A stretch of 24,000 bases of DNA from Ignavibacteriales bacterium (GCA_044507695.1 JBIQJD010000010.1:79455-103454), one strand, 5' to 3'. Numbered from the stretch's first letter, positions 1 to 9,067 are shown. The notes: a model not told the origin generated them from the sequence alone. Translations and numbers: made by a program.

Positions 1-1
1 T

Positions 2-1384
2 AACTTCGGTCCCGATCCTGAGAGAGACAGAAAAAAAATTGAAGCGGAAGTTCCGCATGATCCTGCAACATGGATTTGGACGGAAGCGGATAAACTTTTC
101 CTGAAATTAATTCAGGAAGTTCATAACCGCGGAATGAAGATAATTATTGACGGCGTTTTTAATCATATGGGCATAAACAGCTGGGCTTTCCGTGATGTTG
201 TAAAAAATCAGAAGAACTCTAAATACAAAGATTGGTTTTCAATTATTTCATGGGATGATTCTGCTGCAGGTACAAAATTTAATTATAATGGCTGGTTCGG
301 CGTAAAGGAATTGCCTGAGTTAAAGGAAGATGAAAACGGAATAGTAGAAGGTCCGAAGGAATATATTTTTAACATCACAAAAAGATGGATGGATCCCGAT
401 GGTGATGGCAACCCTGCGGATGGAATTGACGGCTGGCGGCTTGATGTTGCTTTCTGCATTGAACATCAATTCTGGAAAGACTGGCGGAAATATCTGAAAG
501 CAATTAATCCGGAAGCATACATTACTGCGGAAGTGATTGATCCGATTCCGGTTCTGCTAGATTACCTTAAAGGAGATGAATTTGATGCAGTAATGAATTA
601 CAACTATCTCTTTACATGTTCTGAATATTTTTTTGATGATAAAACCGCAATTACAACAACTGAATTTGACAGCTTATTAAAAGATTTACGAACTGCTTTC
701 CCCGAATGTGTTTCTTATGTGCAGCAGAATTTGCACGGGAGCCATGATACACAGAGGATGGCTTCACATCTGGTTAATAAAGATCTCGCTAAAATCAGAA
801 ACTGGAGTGAAACATTTGATATTTGGAAAGGATCAAATTGGAATTATGATACACGCAAGCCAAATGATGATGAGAAAAGAATTTTAATGCTTACAACTAT
901 ATTTCAGTTTACATATCTCGGTGCACCTTATATTTATTATGGAGATGAAGCCGGAATGTGGGGAGCTAATGATCCCGATTGCAGAAAACCGATGGTGTGG
1001 GATGATATTGAATACGAAGATGAAATCTTTCTTCCCGATCAATCCAAAAGAAAAGAACCGATGCAGGTAAAATTTGATGAAGATATGTTTGCTCATTATA
1101 AAAAATTAATTCATATAAGAAATGGAAATGAAGCTCTGCAGCTTGGTGATTTTAGAACAGAACTTATTGATGATGAAAAAAATATTTATATATTTTCAAG
1201 AAATTATAAATATGAAACTGTAATTGTGGTAATTAATAATTCCAGCCGGCCGCAGGAAATTGAACTGACCACAACATCTGCAAATTTTTCTGATTTGTTG
1301 AATGAAGAAGAACTTTCCTCTCATGATGGAAAATTAAAATTAACTGTTGATAAAAAGTGGGGGAGAATTCTAAAAAAGAAATAA
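2..1384 (+). CDS. GH13 alpha-amylase family glycoside hydrolase (neopullulanase/cyclomaltodextrinase-like), 5'-truncated by the window edge
   Basis: The frame of the listed 134..1384 ORF stays open back to base 2 (NFGPDPERDRKKIEAEVPHDPATWIWTEADKLFLKLIQEVHNRG precedes the listed Met), so the gene starts upstream of the window. All four GH13 conserved regions are readable: I DGVFNH, II GWRLDVA (nucleophile Asp), III YITAEVID (acid/base Glu), IV NLHGSHDTQR. Confidence 0.9.
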   Translation, partial: NFGPDPERDRKKIEAEVPHDPATWIWTEADKLFLKLIQEVHNRGMKIIIDGVFNHMGINSWAFRDVVKNQKNSKYKDWFSIISWDDSAAGTKFNYNGWFGVKELPELKEDENGIVEGPKEYIFNITKRWMDPDGDGNPADGIDGWRLDVAFCIEHQFWKDWRKYLKAINPEAYITAEVIDPIPVLLDYLKGDEFDAVMNYNYLFTCSEYFFDDKTAITTTEFDSLLKDLRTAFPECVSYVQQNLHGSHDTQRMASHLVNKDLAKIRNWSETFDIWKGSNWNYDTRKPNDDEKRILMLTTIFQFTYLGAPYIYYGDEAGMWGANDPDCRKPMVWDDIEYEDEIFLPDQSKRKEPMQVKFDEDMFAHYKKLIHIRNGNEALQLGDFRTELIDDEKNIYIFSRNYKYETVIVVINNSSRPQEIELTTTSANFSDLLNEEELSSHDGKLKLTVDKKWGRILKKK

Positions 1385-1395
1385 GTTTTTATCTC

Positions 1396-2046
1396 CTAAA
1401 TTAATTGGAGAATTTCATTCAGCTCACTAATAAGAAAATCCGGATTTTCTTTTTTTAATTCTTCAATAGCTCTGTAGCCGTAAATTACGCCGCAGGTTTT
1501 TGCAGAAGCATTTTTGCCGCATTGGATATCAAGTTCGGAATCACCAATCATTAATGTATAGGCTGGCAAAACATTAATTTCTTTGCAGATTATCTCAAGT
1601 GGTTCACCGGATGGTTTAATCGGCATTCCTATTCTTCTTCCCATTATGTATGAAAAATATTTGTGAAGATTAAAATGCTCAATAATATTTTCAGCCTGAC
1701 TTTGTCCTTTTGTTGTAAGTAATGAAATTTTTATTTCATTTTCGTTTAACTGCTTAAGTACATTTTCAACTCCACTGTACAATTTGGAATCATCAATAAA
1801 ATCAAAATAAAAATTTTTATAGATATTTATGAAGTGTTCAATATCTGGCACATCAATTTTAAGATCCTGAAAGATATTCAGAAAGTGATGCCCTATCCGT
1901 TTATAAAATTCCTGCGCTTCAAGCTGATCAGGAATATTAAAATGTTCTAATGTTTTAAGTGTGGTTTTATAAATTGTTGTATATGAATCAACAAGAGTTC
2001 CGTCAAGATCAAAACAGATATGTTTAATCGGCTTGTTCGTATTCAC
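1396..2046 (-). CDS. HAD-superfamily hydrolase, subfamily IA (phosphoglycolate phosphatase / PpaX-like)
   Basis: HAD motif I is FDLDGTLVDS at aa 12-21, motif II is LLTTKG, and motif III/IV is K...GDSELD. The start codon at 2046..2044 is GTG. There is no in-frame ATG upstream of motif I. The start lies 23 nt inside the upstream small ORF. Confidence 0.85.
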   Translation of the reverse strand: MNTNKPIKHICFDLDGTLVDSYTTIYKTTLKTLEHFNIPDQLEAQEFYKRIGHHFLNIFQDLKIDVPDIEHFINIYKNFYFDFIDDSKLYSGVENVLKQLNENEIKISLLTTKGQSQAENIIEHFNLHKYFSYIMGRRIGMPIKPSGEPLEIICKEINVLPAYTLMIGDSELDIQCGKNASAKTCGVIYGYRAIEELKKENPDFLISELNEILQLI

Positions 2047-2230
2047 CCTGAAAATTTTTTCCTTTCTGAACGGATTCGTTATATGTTAAATCGCACTGCT
2101 CACCACGGCAGCATTCATCAATATTTATTTTGCAAATAATGCATTGCCCATGTCCGTGAACCCAGACTATTTCCGTTTCATGCCTGCACCAGGGACAAAT
2201 AAGTTTTTTATTTTGTTGTTCTTTTTTCAT
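2024..2230 (-). CDS. small Cys/His-rich protein (putative zinc ribbon), 68 aa, function unknown
   Basis: ATG start. The protein reads MKKEQQNKKLICPWCRHETEIVWVHGHGQCIICKINIDECCRGEQCD, with CxxC ... HxH ... CxxC ... CC ... C spacing typical of small metal-binding ribbons. It is co-oriented with and overlaps the HAD gene. I do not recognise a family. Confidence 0.55.
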   Translation of the reverse strand: MKKEQQNKKLICPWCRHETEIVWVHGHGQCIICKINIDECCRGEQCDLTYNESVQKGKNFQGEYEQAD

Positions 2231-2398
2231 AATTGAAAAGTAAAATAAAAATATTTTTATCCGTAATGAATTTCTATTTTGTTTTAATATTTTTTATTGT
2301 AAAATAAAGCTATCCCAAAAAAATATTTATCAACGGCTTCAACCGAAACAAGGGCTATTTTCTGTTTATCGGGTAGAGCAAAATAAAAAGGAGCAGCT

Positions 2399-2818
2399 AT
2401 GAGTAAAAATTTACTGATTGCATTCGTGTTCGTGTATGTATTATTACCCGCTGTTTCATCAGTCTATGCACAAAGTGCACCAGTATTGTACTTTTGTGAG
2501 CGCTATGATTCATACGATGGTGAGATAGGAATAAGTGACAGATTCACAGAGGGGTATTTAACCGTGGTAGTTAAAAGTGATTATGCAATGGGATTGAGAG
2601 ATGTTTCAATTCAGTTTGACAGGTTTGATCAAAACTCACGCCGGTTTAAATACTATAAAAAATTCAATTACACCATTGAACCGGATATGAAATATGTATA
2701 CTTCTCAAAAAATGATGAGAGTGATATGAGTTTTGATGATCCGGGATTTTACCGCGTTTATCTCCTTAATAAAAATGATGAAACAATTGCCAGTGCCCTT
2801 GTTCAAATTATAGAATAA
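2399..2818 (+). CDS. secreted hypothetical protein, 139 aa
   Basis: AAGGAG Shine-Dalgarno about 8 nt upstream of the ATG. The N-terminal signal peptide is MSKNLLIAFVFVYVLLPAVSSVYA|QS. The remainder is beta-rich and Tyr/Asp-rich. No recognisable family motif. Confidence 0.7.
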   Translation: MSKNLLIAFVFVYVLLPAVSSVYAQSAPVLYFCERYDSYDGEIGISDRFTEGYLTVVVKSDYAMGLRDVSIQFDRFDQNSRRFKYYKKFNYTIEPDMKYVYFSKNDESDMSFDDPGFYRVYLLNKNDETIASALVQIIE

Positions 2819-2830
2819 TTTTATTTAACG

Positions 2831-2875
2831 GTTGAAGCCGTAAAAAGGTTTTTATGATCTGATTACGGCTTTAAC
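2831..2875 (+). terminator. stem-loop immediately downstream of the 139-aa ORF (candidate terminator or 3'-UTR structure)
   Basis: gttgaagccgt (2831-2841) pairs with acggctttaac (2865-2875). This gives an 11-bp stem with one G.U pair and a 23-nt loop, followed by ttatt. There is no strong U-tract. Confidence 0.35.
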
Positions 2876-2950
2876 TTATTGATGCCGTTAAAACGATTTT
2901 CCATTCTTCATTTCTCACACAGAATTACAAATCCTTTCATCATTTTTATT

Positions 2951-2958
2951 TAAATTTG
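2951..2958 (+). promoter_or_regulatory. candidate Bacteroidetes-type -7 promoter element (TAAATTTG) for the YpdA-like gene
   Basis: TAAATTTG matches TAnnTTTG and lies 17 nt upstream of the ATG at 2975. No Shine-Dalgarno lies between it and the ATG. I found no good -33 TTG. Confidence 0.25.
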
Positions 2959-2974
2959 AAATAAAAAAATTATT

Positions 2975-3940
2975 ATGAATAACAATTTTGATGTGATAAT
3001 TATAGGCGCAGGACCGATTGGTTTATCATGTGGTATTGAAGCAAAACGGAATAACATGAGCTATCTTATAATTGAAAAAGGTTCACTTGTTAATTCTATT
3101 TTTCATTATCCAACAAATATGACTTTTTTTTCAACTTCAGATCGTTTGGAGATTGGCGATGTTCCTTTTGTATCTCACGGCGATAAACCAACAAGAAGGG
3201 AAGCGCTTGAGTATTACAGGAGAGTAAAACATTCATGGGAACTTAATGTTCATACTTATGAAACTGTGAACGAAGTTATTGAAGCTGAAAATGGCTATGA
3301 TGTAAAAACAAGTAAAAATATTTACAAGGCTGAAAGTGTAATTATAGCAACCGGTTTTTATGATAAGCCAAACCTGCTCAATATTCCGGGAGAAGATTTG
3401 CCAAAGGTAAAACATTATTTTGATGAGGCGCATCCGTATGCTTATCAGAAAATTGTTGTGGTTGGCGGAGGAAATTCCGGTGTAGATGTTGCGCTTGAAA
3501 CATACAGGCGCGGTTCTGATGTTACAATGGTTATTTGGGAATCAGCGCTTAAAGAAAGTATAAAATACTGGGTAAGACCTGATATTGAAAACCGGATTAA
3601 GGAAGGTTCAATAAAAGCTTATTTCAATTCTGTCCTTTCAGAAATAAGGGAAGATGAAGTGGATATTCAAACACCGGAAGGCAAAATTACAATAAAAAAT
3701 GATTTTGTACTTGCCATGACGGGCTACCATCCTGATTATAGTTTTCTTGAAAAAATAGGAATTGAATTTTCAAATGATCCATCAAAAGTTCCGTGTTACA
3801 ATCCGGAAACATTTGAAACAAACAAACGGAATATTTTTCTTGCCGGAGTAGTTTGCGGCGGAATGGATACAGGCAAATGGTTTATAGAAAATTCAAGAGA
3901 TCACGCGGAGAAGATTTTCAGGAAGATTAATAGAAAATAA
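2975..3940 (+). CDS. ypdA: YpdA-family FAD/NAD(P)H-dependent putative bacillithiol-disulfide reductase
   Basis: N-terminal FAD fold DVIIIGAGPIGLSCG and a second dinucleotide fold VVVGGGNSGVDVALE. Long colinear similarity, from memory, to B. subtilis YpdA: LIIEKG.LVNSIFHYPTNMTFFSTSDRLEIGDVPF, LPKVKHYFDEAHPY, NDFVLAMTGYHPDYSFLEKIGIEF, YNPETFETN, FIENSRDHAEKI. There is no CxxC redox pair, as in YpdA. Confidence 0.85.
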   Translation: MNNNFDVIIIGAGPIGLSCGIEAKRNNMSYLIIEKGSLVNSIFHYPTNMTFFSTSDRLEIGDVPFVSHGDKPTRREALEYYRRVKHSWELNVHTYETVNEVIEAENGYDVKTSKNIYKAESVIIATGFYDKPNLLNIPGEDLPKVKHYFDEAHPYAYQKIVVVGGGNSGVDVALETYRRGSDVTMVIWESALKESIKYWVRPDIENRIKEGSIKAYFNSVLSEIREDEVDIQTPEGKITIKNDFVLAMTGYHPDYSFLEKIGIEFSNDPSKVPCYNPETFETNKRNIFLAGVVCGGMDTGKWFIENSRDHAEKIFRKINRK

Positions 3941-3945
3941 GTTGA

Positions 3946-3964
3946 GTTCTGAAAATTTCAGAAC
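3946..3964 (+). terminator. hairpin after the ypdA-like gene
   Basis: gttctgaa-aat-ttcagaac forms a perfect 8-bp stem with a 3-nt loop, 6 nt after the stop codon. No U-tract follows (aaataagc). Confidence 0.45.
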
Positions 3965-4053
3965 AAATAAGCTTCACATCATTCATTAAATTCTGCTAAA
4001 CAGGGATTTATAATTTTTACTCCTTCTTAATTACTAATTCCCGGCAGTTAAAA

Positions 4054-4084
4054 TTGAATCCCAGGCGTTTATCCGTTATTTTTG
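4054..4084 (+). promoter_or_regulatory. candidate promoter of fbaB (-33 TTG / -7 TAttTTTG)
   Basis: TTG at 4054-4056, a 20-nt spacer, then TATTTTTG at 4077-4084. This matches the Bacteroidetes sigma-A consensus TTG-N19-21-TAnnTTTG. A GGAG motif at 4128-4131 lies 5 nt before the ATG. Confidence 0.35.
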
Positions 4085-4136
4085 TACCTTGAAACTGTAA
4101 AAGATACAGGGAAATAATAAAATAAACGGAGCAGAT

Positions 4137-5183
4137 ATGTTAGATAAAATTAAAGAATTGCTGGGAAGCGAAGCCGATTCATTATTGAATTACAAAGCTA
4201 AATTTCCTAAGGAACAACTACACTTACCCGGACCTGATTTTGTTGATAGAATTTTCGCACAGAGCGATAGAAACATAAATGTGTTGAAAAATCTTCAGTG
4301 GATTTTTATGAGCGGCAGATTAGCCGGAACAGGCTATGTTTCAATCCTTCCTGTTGATCAGGGAATTGAACACAGTGCCGGAGCTTCATTTGCACCCAAC
4401 CCGCAGTATTTTGATCCTGAAAACATTGTAAAACTTGCAATTGAAGGCGGCTGCAACGCTGTTGCATCTACACTTGGCGTACTGGGAATGTGCTCAAGAA
4501 AATATGCACATAAAATTCCTTTTATTGTAAAGATAAATCACAATGAACTTTTAACTTACCCGAATAAATTTGATCAGATAATGTTTGCAGGTGTTGAGCA
4601 GGCATATGATATGGGCGCTGCTGCAGTTGGTGCAACCATTTACTTCGGCTCAGAGGAAAGCTCAAGACAAATTATTGAAGTGAGTGAAGCTTTTAAATAT
4701 GCTCATGAACTGGGACTTGCAACTATTCTATGGTGCTACTTAAGAAATTCCGAATTTAAAAAAGATAAAGATTATCATGTATCTGCCGATTTAACCGGGC
4801 AGGCAAATCATCTTGGTGTAACTATTGAAGCAGATATTATCAAGCAGAAACTGCCTGAAAATAACGGCGGATATAATGCATTAAAATTCGGAAAGACCAG
4901 CAAGAAAGTTTATACTGATTTAACTACTGATCATCCGATTGATCTTGCACGCTATCAGGTAATTAATAATTATATGGGAAGAGCCGGACTGATAAACAGC
5001 GGTGGTGCTTCTGGTGAAAATGATTTTGCCGAAGCAGCTAAAACTGCGGTTATTAATAAACGTGCAGGTGGTATGGGATTAATTTCAGGAAGAAAAGCGT
5101 TCCAGAGACCAATGGAAGAAGGCGTTAAACTTCTGAATTTAATTCAGGATGTTTATCTTGAAAAAGAAATTACAGTAGCTTAA
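4137..5183 (+). CDS. fbaB: class I fructose-bisphosphate aldolase, FbaB/DhnA type
   Basis: Near full-length colinear similarity, from memory, to E. coli FbaB: [88 protein letters not shown] (Schiff-base Lys region), [31 protein letters not shown]. Confidence 0.95.
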   Translation: MLDKIKELLGSEADSLLNYKAKFPKEQLHLPGPDFVDRIFAQSDRNINVLKNLQWIFMSGRLAGTGYVSILPVDQGIEHSAGASFAPNPQYFDPENIVKLAIEGGCNAVASTLGVLGMCSRKYAHKIPFIVKINHNELLTYPNKFDQIMFAGVEQAYDMGAAAVGATIYFGSEESSRQIIEVSEAFKYAHELGLATILWCYLRNSEFKKDKDYHVSADLTGQANHLGVTIEADIIKQKLPENNGGYNALKFGKTSKKVYTDLTTDHPIDLARYQVINNYMGRAGLINSGGASGENDFAEAAKTAVINKRAGGMGLISGRKAFQRPMEEGVKLLNLIQDVYLEKEITVA

Positions 5184-5192
5184 GCCTTAATA

Positions 5193-5220
5193 GTAGGGAA
5201 TTCAATTATGAATTCCCTAC
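5193..5220. terminator. bidirectional terminator hairpin between convergent fbaB and the cytochrome c gene
   Basis: gtagggaattc-aattat-gaattccctac forms a perfect 11-bp stem with a 6-nt loop. It sits in the 43-nt gap between the two stop codons (5183 and 5227). Confidence 0.7.
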
Positions 5221-5226
5221 ATTCAT

Positions 5227-5646
5227 TCATTTCGTTAAAAGATAATCCGCAATCTTTCCTAAATCCTTTACATCAACATTATTGAACGGAGGCATAATAG
5301 TGCCGGGATATTTTTCCCTGTATTCTTTAAATCTTTCCGAATCCATAAATGAAGAAGGATTACGCAGATAATTTACAAGTTTTTCACGGCTCCAGTATTC
5401 TGAAAGATTTGCAAGCGCCGGGGCTAATGGTGTTCCCTGTAATTCCGTTCCATGGCAATTTAAACAACCTAATCTGCTCATCATCTGCTGGCCGCCCAGA
5501 TTCTCAGAACTCATATTTGATTGCGGGACTGGATTTTCAACAGTGGTTTCATTTCCGTTTTCGTCTTCCTTAGTTAATCTTGAAAGCAGAAACAGAGCTA
5601 TAAATAAAGCTAAAAACGCTGCTACCCATATTTGTGTTTTTGTCAT
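5227..5646 (-). CDS. membrane-anchored monohaem c-type cytochrome (class I)
   Basis: Haem-binding CLNCHG (CxxCH) and a distal Met in GTIMPPF. The N-terminal anchor is MTKTQIWVAAFLALFIALFLLSRL. The ORF-track start at 5676 is a TTG; I prefer the ATG at 5646, which gives a normal n-region plus h-region. Confidence 0.8.
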   Translation of the reverse strand: MTKTQIWVAAFLALFIALFLLSRLTKEDENGNETTVENPVPQSNMSSENLGGQQMMSRLGCLNCHGTELQGTPLAPALANLSEYWSREKLVNYLRNPSSFMDSERFKEYREKYPGTIMPPFNNVDVKDLGKIADYLLTK

Positions 5647-5720
5647 ATCTGAATTTCTTAAAATAACTTTTATCAAAAATAATTACAATTCAAAGATATG
5701 AACTTACTTTGAAATTTTTA

Positions 5721-6452
5721 TTATTCAATTTCAAAAGATGCATTAACAACCGCTGTTATCTCTTTTTCAATTGAACTTAAGTCATTTATTCCATAATCGG
5801 AAATCTGGTTAGAATGTTTCGGGGTAATCTGCAAAACTCCCATTCTCGCACTTCTCATTGGTCCCAAATCTCTGCCGGTAGCATCAGCAATTTTCTGTGC
5901 TCTTATCATTGCATCTTTTGCAGCCGCCGCCTGAATTTCAATCTTTAATTCTGCAAGATTTAAATAATGATATTCCGGCATCTCAACATTAAAATTCACT
6001 CCCCGTTCAATTAGTGAAGCAATATCAAGTGATATCTCCTTAATTTTATTTACATCACTTGATTGAATTTCCATGCGCTGGCTGTAGTTGTATGCAATTA
6101 TTTTGCTTGTCTGATAACCCTGTGCACCAATTTCATAAATCTGGTAACTGTTAATTGTATAAAATTCAATTTTATCTTCTGTAAATCCTTTGGATTTAAG
6201 ATAGGAAATCAGCAGCGGTTTTTGTCTCAGCAATTCCCTGTATGCTGCTTCTGCTGTACTGGCTTGTACGCTTATACTTCCTCTTAATATTCCAAGATCG
6301 GAAATAATATCCTGCTTCGCTGATCCGGTTACATTTATAGTTTGGTTTGCGCTGCTGTTTGAGCGCCATGTAATGGCTAAAATTATTGCACAGATTATAA
6401 GTGCAATACCAAGCATTGAAGCTGAAAGAATAAAGTTATTTCTATCATTCAT
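5721..6452 (-). CDS. SIMPL (DUF541) domain protein, membrane-anchored or periplasmic
   Basis: N-terminal TM segment FILSASMLGIALIICAIILAI, followed by the family-typical INVTGSAKQDIISDLGILRGSISVQA opening. The length (243 aa) fits the 26-kDa periplasmic immunogenic protein family. Confidence 0.75.
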   Translation of the reverse strand: MNDRNNFILSASMLGIALIICAIILAITWRSNSSANQTINVTGSAKQDIISDLGILRGSISVQASTAEAAYRELLRQKPLLISYLKSKGFTEDKIEFYTINSYQIYEIGAQGYQTSKIIAYNYSQRMEIQSSDVNKIKEISLDIASLIERGVNFNVEMPEYHYLNLAELKIEIQAAAAKDAMIRAQKIADATGRDLGPMRSARMGVLQITPKHSNQISDYGINDLSSIEKEITAVVNASFEIE

Positions 6453-6661
6453 ATCTAATATCTGGATTGTTATTATTGAGGTAATTTAAAATACTACAAG
6501 AAGTTATATAAAAAGATACTTGTTAACAATAATTAAATTGATGCGTATTAAATAATAGAGTATCCATCAATTGAATGGCAGGGGAGTAAAAAAAATTCAA
6601 ATATTTCTTAACAGAATTAATGAAATCGTTTCTCCATATTTTTTTATAAATTGAATATCAA

Positions 6662-8737
6662 ATGAAAACAGCAAACAGATTAATAAAAGAAAAAAGTCCC
6701 TACCTGCTTCAGCATGCATATAATCCTGTTGATTGGTTTCCGTGGAGTGATGAAGCATTTAAAAAAGCGAAAAAGGAGGATAAGCCTGTCTTTCTTTCAA
6801 TCGGTTATTCAACCTGCCATTGGTGCCATGTAATGGAAAAAGAATCATTTGAAGATGAAGAAATTGCCGCATTACTGAATGATGCATTTATATCAATTAA
6901 AGTTGATAGGGAAGAGCGTCCAGATATTGATGGCATTTATATGACTGTTTGCCAGATGCTTACTGGCAGCGGCGGCTGGCCTTTAACGATTGTGATGACT
7001 CCGGATAAAAAACCATTTTTTGCAGGCACATATTTTCCAAAGGTAAACCGTTTTGGCAGAAGCGGAATGCTTGAGCTTGTACCAAGATTAAAAAATGTTT
7101 GGCTTCAGCGTAAAGATGATATATTAAAATCAGCTGATGAAATTTCGGCGGCACTTGTTCAGGCTGCTGAAATTAATTTTGATGAAAAAATTGATGACAA
7201 TGTTTTTAACAGTGCATTTAGTGAATTCAACTCGAGATTTGATAAAGAATACGGCGGTTTTAACAGAGCGCCAAAATTTCCAACACCACATAATTTTTAT
7301 TTTTTGTTAAGATATTGGAAACGCACAGGAAATAATGATGCACTTGAAATGGTACTGAAAACATTAACTGAAATGAGAAAGGGGGGAATCTACGATCATA
7401 TTGGGTTTGGATTTCATCGCTATTCAACTGATCGGCAATGGCTTGTGCCGCATTTTGAAAAGATGCTGTATGATCAGGCGCTGATTTGTACCGCATATAT
7501 TGAAGCGTATCTTGCTTTAAAAAACGATGAGTTTAAAACTACAGCAGATGAAATTCTTAATTATGTTTTGCGTGATATGACTTCCGGGGAAGGTGCGTTT
7601 TATTCCGCGGAGGATGCTGATAGTGAAGGTGTTGAAGGTAAGTTTTATTTATGGAAAGCAGATGAAATAAAAAAATTATTAAATGATAATACAGATTTAT
7701 TTTTAAAAATCTTTAACGTAAAACCTGAAGGCAACTGGATTGATCAGGTGCACGGCAGTTCTGATGGAACAAATATCCTTCATCTTAAAAAATCATTTAA
7801 AGAATTTGCCGATGAAGAGGGTATTTCAGAATCAGAAGTGAAAGATAAACTTTCGTCTGCCAGAAAAATTCTGTTTAATTATAGAAAGAAAAGAGTTCAT
7901 CCTTACAAAGATGATAAAATATTAGCTGATTGGAACGGGCTGATGATTTCTGCGTTTGCAAAGGCGGCACAGGCATTTAATAATTCTGATTATTTATTAG
8001 CAGCAGAAAAAGCAGCAGATTTTATTTTAAATAAAATGATGACGAAAGACGGCAGACTTATTCATCGTTACAGGGATGGCGAAGCAGCACTTGCTGCTAA
8101 TGCAGATGATTACTCTTTTATGATTGCTGCTTTGATTGATCTTTATGAAACCGGATTTAATATCAAATATTTACAAGCTGCTCTAAAATTGAATGAAGAT
8201 TTCATAAAATTTTTCTGGGATAATAATAAAGGCGGATTCTTCTTCACTCCTGTTGATGGTGAAGAATTAATTGTAAGGCAAAAAGAAATGTATGATGGTG
8301 CAGTTCCATCAGCAAATTCAATTGCAGTTTTAAATCTGTTAAGGATATCAAGAATAACAGGTGAGATTAGTTATGAAGAAAAGGCAAACAGAATTCTACG
8401 CGTGTTCTCGCGTGCAATTAATGCATCACCTGCTGCGTTTTCGCAAGCATTAACCGCATATGATTTTGCTGCAGGTTCTTCAAAAGAAATAGTGATTGTT
8501 GGAAACCCGGAAGATGAAAAAACAAAACAATTGATACTCAAAATAAGAGAGAAGTTTATTCCTAATAAAATTGTTCTGTTAAAAAATCCGGATAAAAAAA
8601 ATGAGCTGGAAAACATTGCACCATATACCAAATCATTTTCTGCATTAAACAGCAAAGCTTCAGTTTATGTTTGTAAGAATTTTACCTGCAGTTTACCGGT
8701 TAATAATTCTGATGATCTTGAAAAATTACTTCAATAA
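6662..8737 (+). CDS. thioredoxin-domain protein, YyaL/DUF255 family (N-terminal thioredoxin-like domain plus (alpha/alpha)6 barrel)
   Basis: Characteristic N-terminus [61 protein letters not shown], then [23 protein letters not shown]. The long C-terminal region and total length (691 aa) are typical of the family. Confidence 0.9.
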   Translation: MKTANRLIKEKSPYLLQHAYNPVDWFPWSDEAFKKAKKEDKPVFLSIGYSTCHWCHVMEKESFEDEEIAALLNDAFISIKVDREERPDIDGIYMTVCQMLTGSGGWPLTIVMTPDKKPFFAGTYFPKVNRFGRSGMLELVPRLKNVWLQRKDDILKSADEISAALVQAAEINFDEKIDDNVFNSAFSEFNSRFDKEYGGFNRAPKFPTPHNFYFLLRYWKRTGNNDALEMVLKTLTEMRKGGIYDHIGFGFHRYSTDRQWLVPHFEKMLYDQALICTAYIEAYLALKNDEFKTTADEILNYVLRDMTSGEGAFYSAEDADSEGVEGKFYLWKADEIKKLLNDNTDLFLKIFNVKPEGNWIDQVHGSSDGTNILHLKKSFKEFADEEGISESEVKDKLSSARKILFNYRKKRVHPYKDDKILADWNGLMISAFAKAAQAFNNSDYLLAAEKAADFILNKMMTKDGRLIHRYRDGEAALAANADDYSFMIAALIDLYETGFNIKYLQAALKLNEDFIKFFWDNNKGGFFFTPVDGEELIVRQKEMYDGAVPSANSIAVLNLLRISRITGEISYEEKANRILRVFSRAINASPAAFSQALTAYDFAAGSSKEIVIVGNPEDEKTKQLILKIREKFIPNKIVLLKNPDKKNELENIAPYTKSFSALNSKASVYVCKNFTCSLPVNNSDDLEKLLQ

Positions 8738-8743
8738 AAAATT

Positions 8744-9031
8744 TCATAATCCTTCAACAACAATCATTCTTGATTCAGCAGTTTCATGCCTGAGCTTTTT
8801 TGCTTCAGCATATTCGGGTGAGTTCCACCATTCTCTTGCTCTTTCAACTGAATCAAATTGAAGTATAACTACGCGTTCAGGATCGGCAGTGCCTTCCAGC
8901 TTTTCAGCTTTGCCGCCGCGTACTATAAATTTTCCACCAAATTTTGAAACTGCTTCGGTAGACATTTTTTTGTAATCTTCATAACGAACCGGATCATTTA
9001 CTTTTATCTCTACAATTACAAATGCGGGCAT
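8744..9031 (-). CDS. DUF1330 domain protein (dimeric alpha+beta barrel superfamily)
   Basis: MPAFVIVEIKVNDPVRYEDYKK...FGGKFIVRGGKAEKLEG...RVVILQFDSVERAREWWNSPEYAEAKKLR...SRMIVVEG matches the DUF1330 pattern over its full length. An AAGGAGA Shine-Dalgarno lies upstream. The gene is 36 nt downstream of the 594-aa gene. Confidence 0.9.
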   Translation of the reverse strand: MPAFVIVEIKVNDPVRYEDYKKMSTEAVSKFGGKFIVRGGKAEKLEGTADPERVVILQFDSVERAREWWNSPEYAEAKKLRHETAESRMIVVEGL

Positions 9032-9067
9032 AATTCTCCTTTTAATTAGTTTGTGCAGAATTTATAT

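Noticed and set aside
884-1096. 70-aa minus-strand ORF inside the GH13 gene. The same applies to 3233..3433 in ypdA, 5349..5573 in the cytochrome c gene, 6063..6287 in SIMPL, and 6960..7154, 7260..7496 and 8371..8655 in yyaL.
   Set aside because: All are fully antisense to genes with strong family motifs. Their compositions are low-complexity and Ile/Phe/Ser-rich, as expected for shadow frames in AT-rich DNA. None has a ribosome-binding site or recognisable motif.
5647-5676. Upstream TTG start for the cytochrome c gene, and similar N-terminal extensions of the MazE-like gene (20320..20358) and gmhA (21028..21090).
   Set aside because: The extensions add non-conserved residues before natural N-termini (a signal anchor, the MazE beta-strand 1, the GmhA helix 1). 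The gmhA extension would overlap the upstream gene by 56 nt. Internal ATGs give tidier gene spacing. The true starts remain unverified.
8667-8861. 64-aa plus-strand ORF crossing the yyaL / DUF1330 convergent junction.
   Set aside because: It overlaps the end of yyaL out of frame and is antisense to the well-conserved DUF1330 gene. It is likely spurious.
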